Source of the DNA: a virus
Reading direction: 5' to 3' (one strand)
DNA: 43,890 nt
Virus record (IMG/VR): IMGVR_UViG_3300045988_042144
Location: 1 to 43,890 of that record
This document shows positions 42,571 to 43,890 of this stretch, one piece after another. The notes under the pieces are model-generated. The model worked only from the letters and a program-made list of their open reading frames with translations, had not been told where the DNA came from and made no database searches. Position numbers and translations under genes: made by a program. The first letter of the stretch is position 1; each line of letters begins with the position of its first letter.

Positions 42571-42792
42571 ATGCCCATCAACACGACGGGGAGCGCCAAC
42601 GCGATCTGCCCGTTTTACCTGCGGGAATCGACCAAGTCTATCTCCTGTGAGGGGTTCGCGGGGGAGGCCTGCCTGATCCGATTTGACTCTGCCGGAGCCC
42701 GCCGAACGTGGGCGCTGGACCACTGCGAGAGGTACGACTACGGGGAGAGATGCCCCTACGCAAAAATGATGGAAAAATTGTACGAAAATTGA
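42571..42792 (+). CDS. Small Cys-rich hypothetical protein (zinc-finger-like)
   Basis: GGAGG RBS; CPFY...CEGFAGEAC...CERYDYGERCPY. Confidence 0.45.
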   Translation: MPINTTGSANAICPFYLRESTKSISCEGFAGEACLIRFDSAGARRTWALDHCERYDYGERCPYAKMMEKLYEN

Positions 42793-42914
42793 GAAATACC
42801 ACTACAATAGGCCGGGGTGATGTGATATAATAACGGTGCGAATAAAAGTCATCGCTTTGGAGAGTGTGACCGTCGGAACCAGGCTGACTGAGATCACGCC
42901 CCAGGAGGGGAAAA

Positions 42915-42984
42915 GAGCCACCCATTCGGCTGGGGTGGCTCTTTTTCTGTGTGAATAAGCCGCCACACATGGGGCGGCTTATCA
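42915..42984. terminator. Bidirectional terminator region between convergent units: hairpin 1 GAGCCACCC-ATTCGGCT-GGGTGGCTC plus T5 (plus-strand polarity); hairpin 2 ATAAGCCGCC-ACACATGG-GGCGGCTTAT abutting the stop of the minus-strand gene
   Basis: Read directly. Confidence 0.7.
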
Positions 42985-43890
42985 CTGATCTGTCTTTTGC
43001 GGCTCTTGCTCCGGCGTTGCTTCTTTTTTTTGTGCTTCGCGGGCGCGCTTATTTTGATATGCATTGGCTGCGTACTCTCTATACGCAATCTTGGCACACT
43101 TACGGCAATACTGCTGACTAGGAGTCTCTAGCACATAATCATTGCCGCAGCGCTTGCACGGATAGACCTCGCCTATATGGCGGCTGGCCTTCGGGCGCAT
43201 GCGTCTTGAGTATTCCAACGTCTGCTGGCGCTGGACCGCTATCTTGCATGCGGGGCAGTATTTTGCAATGCGATCTCCCATAAATTCGATACCGCACTTT
43301 TGACAAGTTTTTTTTACATCTCGGCGCGCGTGCTTCGGTAATTTTTCAGCCGCGGCCGCCAACGCCGCTATGTCTTTGTTTGCCATGTAGTCGCGGACCA
43401 GCTGCTGCAAGAGTTGTGATGCGGACATCCCATTAACAAGAGCCGCATTCGCAAACGACCTAGCCGCATCTACGGGCAATTTGCAACAGACTGCTTTGTG
43501 GGGTTGCACTAACTGATCGGTCGCTCCTGACGTCGAGAGCTCAGTCATCTGGCGTCTGGATTTTTGCGGATGCCCGGCGCCCTTTGTCGGGTGATAGTCC
43601 GGATCAGGATTACCCATTGACGCGTCGTATTGTTGCAACGCTCTTTTTTCCGCACATTCCGGGCTGCATGTAATCTCGCGCGTCCCCGGCTCGAGTATCT
43701 TACCGCAGATCACACATACTCTCATACGCGGGTATTTGGGATACTTGCCTTTATTGGCACGCATGTAGTCATTCACCTTTGCGAGGACATCTTTTTTGCG
43801 TTGCTCCTCCATGCAGTCCGGGCAATATTTTTGCATCCCACTGTTGAGGACGTAAGGTTTTCCGCACGCCTCACAGATATACGTCCTTCC
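42982..43890 (-). CDS. 3' part (C-terminal about 302 aa) of the multi-zinc-ribbon protein. It carries four more CxxC-(9-13)-CxxC ribbons and an RHH-like segment (KLPVDAARSFANAALVNGMSASQLLQQLVRDYM); the gene starts beyond the right edge, at window 366 in the circular frame
   Basis: ORF track 42982..43836 plus in-frame upstream codons to the window end that duplicate window nt 49-102. Confidence 0.6.
   Translation of the reverse strand, partial: GRTYICEACGKPYVLNSGMQKYCPDCMEEQRKKDVLAKVNDYMRANKGKYPKYPRMRVCVICGKILEPGTREITCSPECAEKRALQQYDASMGNPDPDYHPTKGAGHPQKSRRQMTELSTSGATDQLVQPHKAVCCKLPVDAARSFANAALVNGMSASQLLQQLVRDYMANKDIAALAAAAEKLPKHARRDVKKTCQKCGIEFMGDRIAKYCPACKIAVQRQQTLEYSRRMRPKASRHIGEVYPCKRCGNDYVLETPSQQYCRKCAKIAYREYAANAYQNKRAREAQKKEATPEQEPQKTDQ
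43789..43890. repeat. Right copy of the 102-nt terminal overlap
   Basis: Identical to nt 1-102. Confidence 0.85.

Noticed and set aside
1-43890. CRISPR arrays, reverse transcriptase/DGR, retron-like ncRNA, transposases
   Set aside because: No spaced direct-repeat arrays and no YxDD-containing RT-like ORF. The only periodic repeats are coding (Cys-hexapeptide, collagen G-X-Y, poly-Gly scaffold linker) or are iterons.

Overview
The window is almost certainly a complete temperate phage genome captured as a circularised contig. The first 102 nt are identical to the last 102 nt (unique length about 43,788 bp), and one minus-strand gene reads in frame across that junction. GC content is high (roughly 60% by eye) and most genes have AGGAGG-type ribosome-binding sites. 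This, together with the Prp-, sporulation- and collagen-like gene content, suggests a Firmicutes (Clostridia-type) host; that is inference.

Reading from the left:

- 1-2105 and 42982-43890: a leftward four-gene cassette that wraps the junction. It encodes a 147-aa protein, a 130-aa HTH protein, a Cys-rich hexapeptide-repeat protein and a multi-zinc-ribbon/RHH protein. It is driven by a near-consensus sigma-A promoter with a dyad operator.
- 2148-26166: a long rightward late operon. It carries small and large terminase, a 703-aa portal, a Prp-like cysteine protease, a scaffold and a major capsid protein. The scaffold and capsid both start with an L27-like LQFFA processing motif. No tail tube, sheath or tape-measure genes follow; instead there are podovirus-like accessory genes and a giant 3016-aa protein (HExxH motif, AT-rich inserted domain, internal repeats) that is probably an internal or ejection protein.
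- Two collagen-like tail-fibre genes and a separately encoded paralogous Gly-rich distal domain close the operon.
- 26378-29023: a carbohydrate-binding-module protein, a three-domain endolysin, three holin-like membrane proteins and a sigma-region-4-like HTH protein.
- 29113-31078: a terminator-insulated block of spore-surface-like genes, including a BclA C-terminal-domain-like protein.
- 31105-32486: an attP-like region (tRNA 3' fragment flanked by TTGACGACA arm repeats) and a tyrosine integrase.
- 32619-34020: two XRE-type regulators, one tail-anchored in the membrane, and a textbook divergent promoter and palindromic-operator switch.
- 34770-42792: a rightward early region with small HTH proteins, YqaJ exonuclease, RecT, a replisome organiser carrying an in-gene iteron array, RusA, a second inverted paralogue of the Cys-hexapeptide-repeat gene, a low-GC lipoprotein gene, and a bidirectional terminator.

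Non-ORF coordinates are hand-counted and may be off by a few nt. No CRISPR array, reverse transcriptase or complete tRNA was seen.
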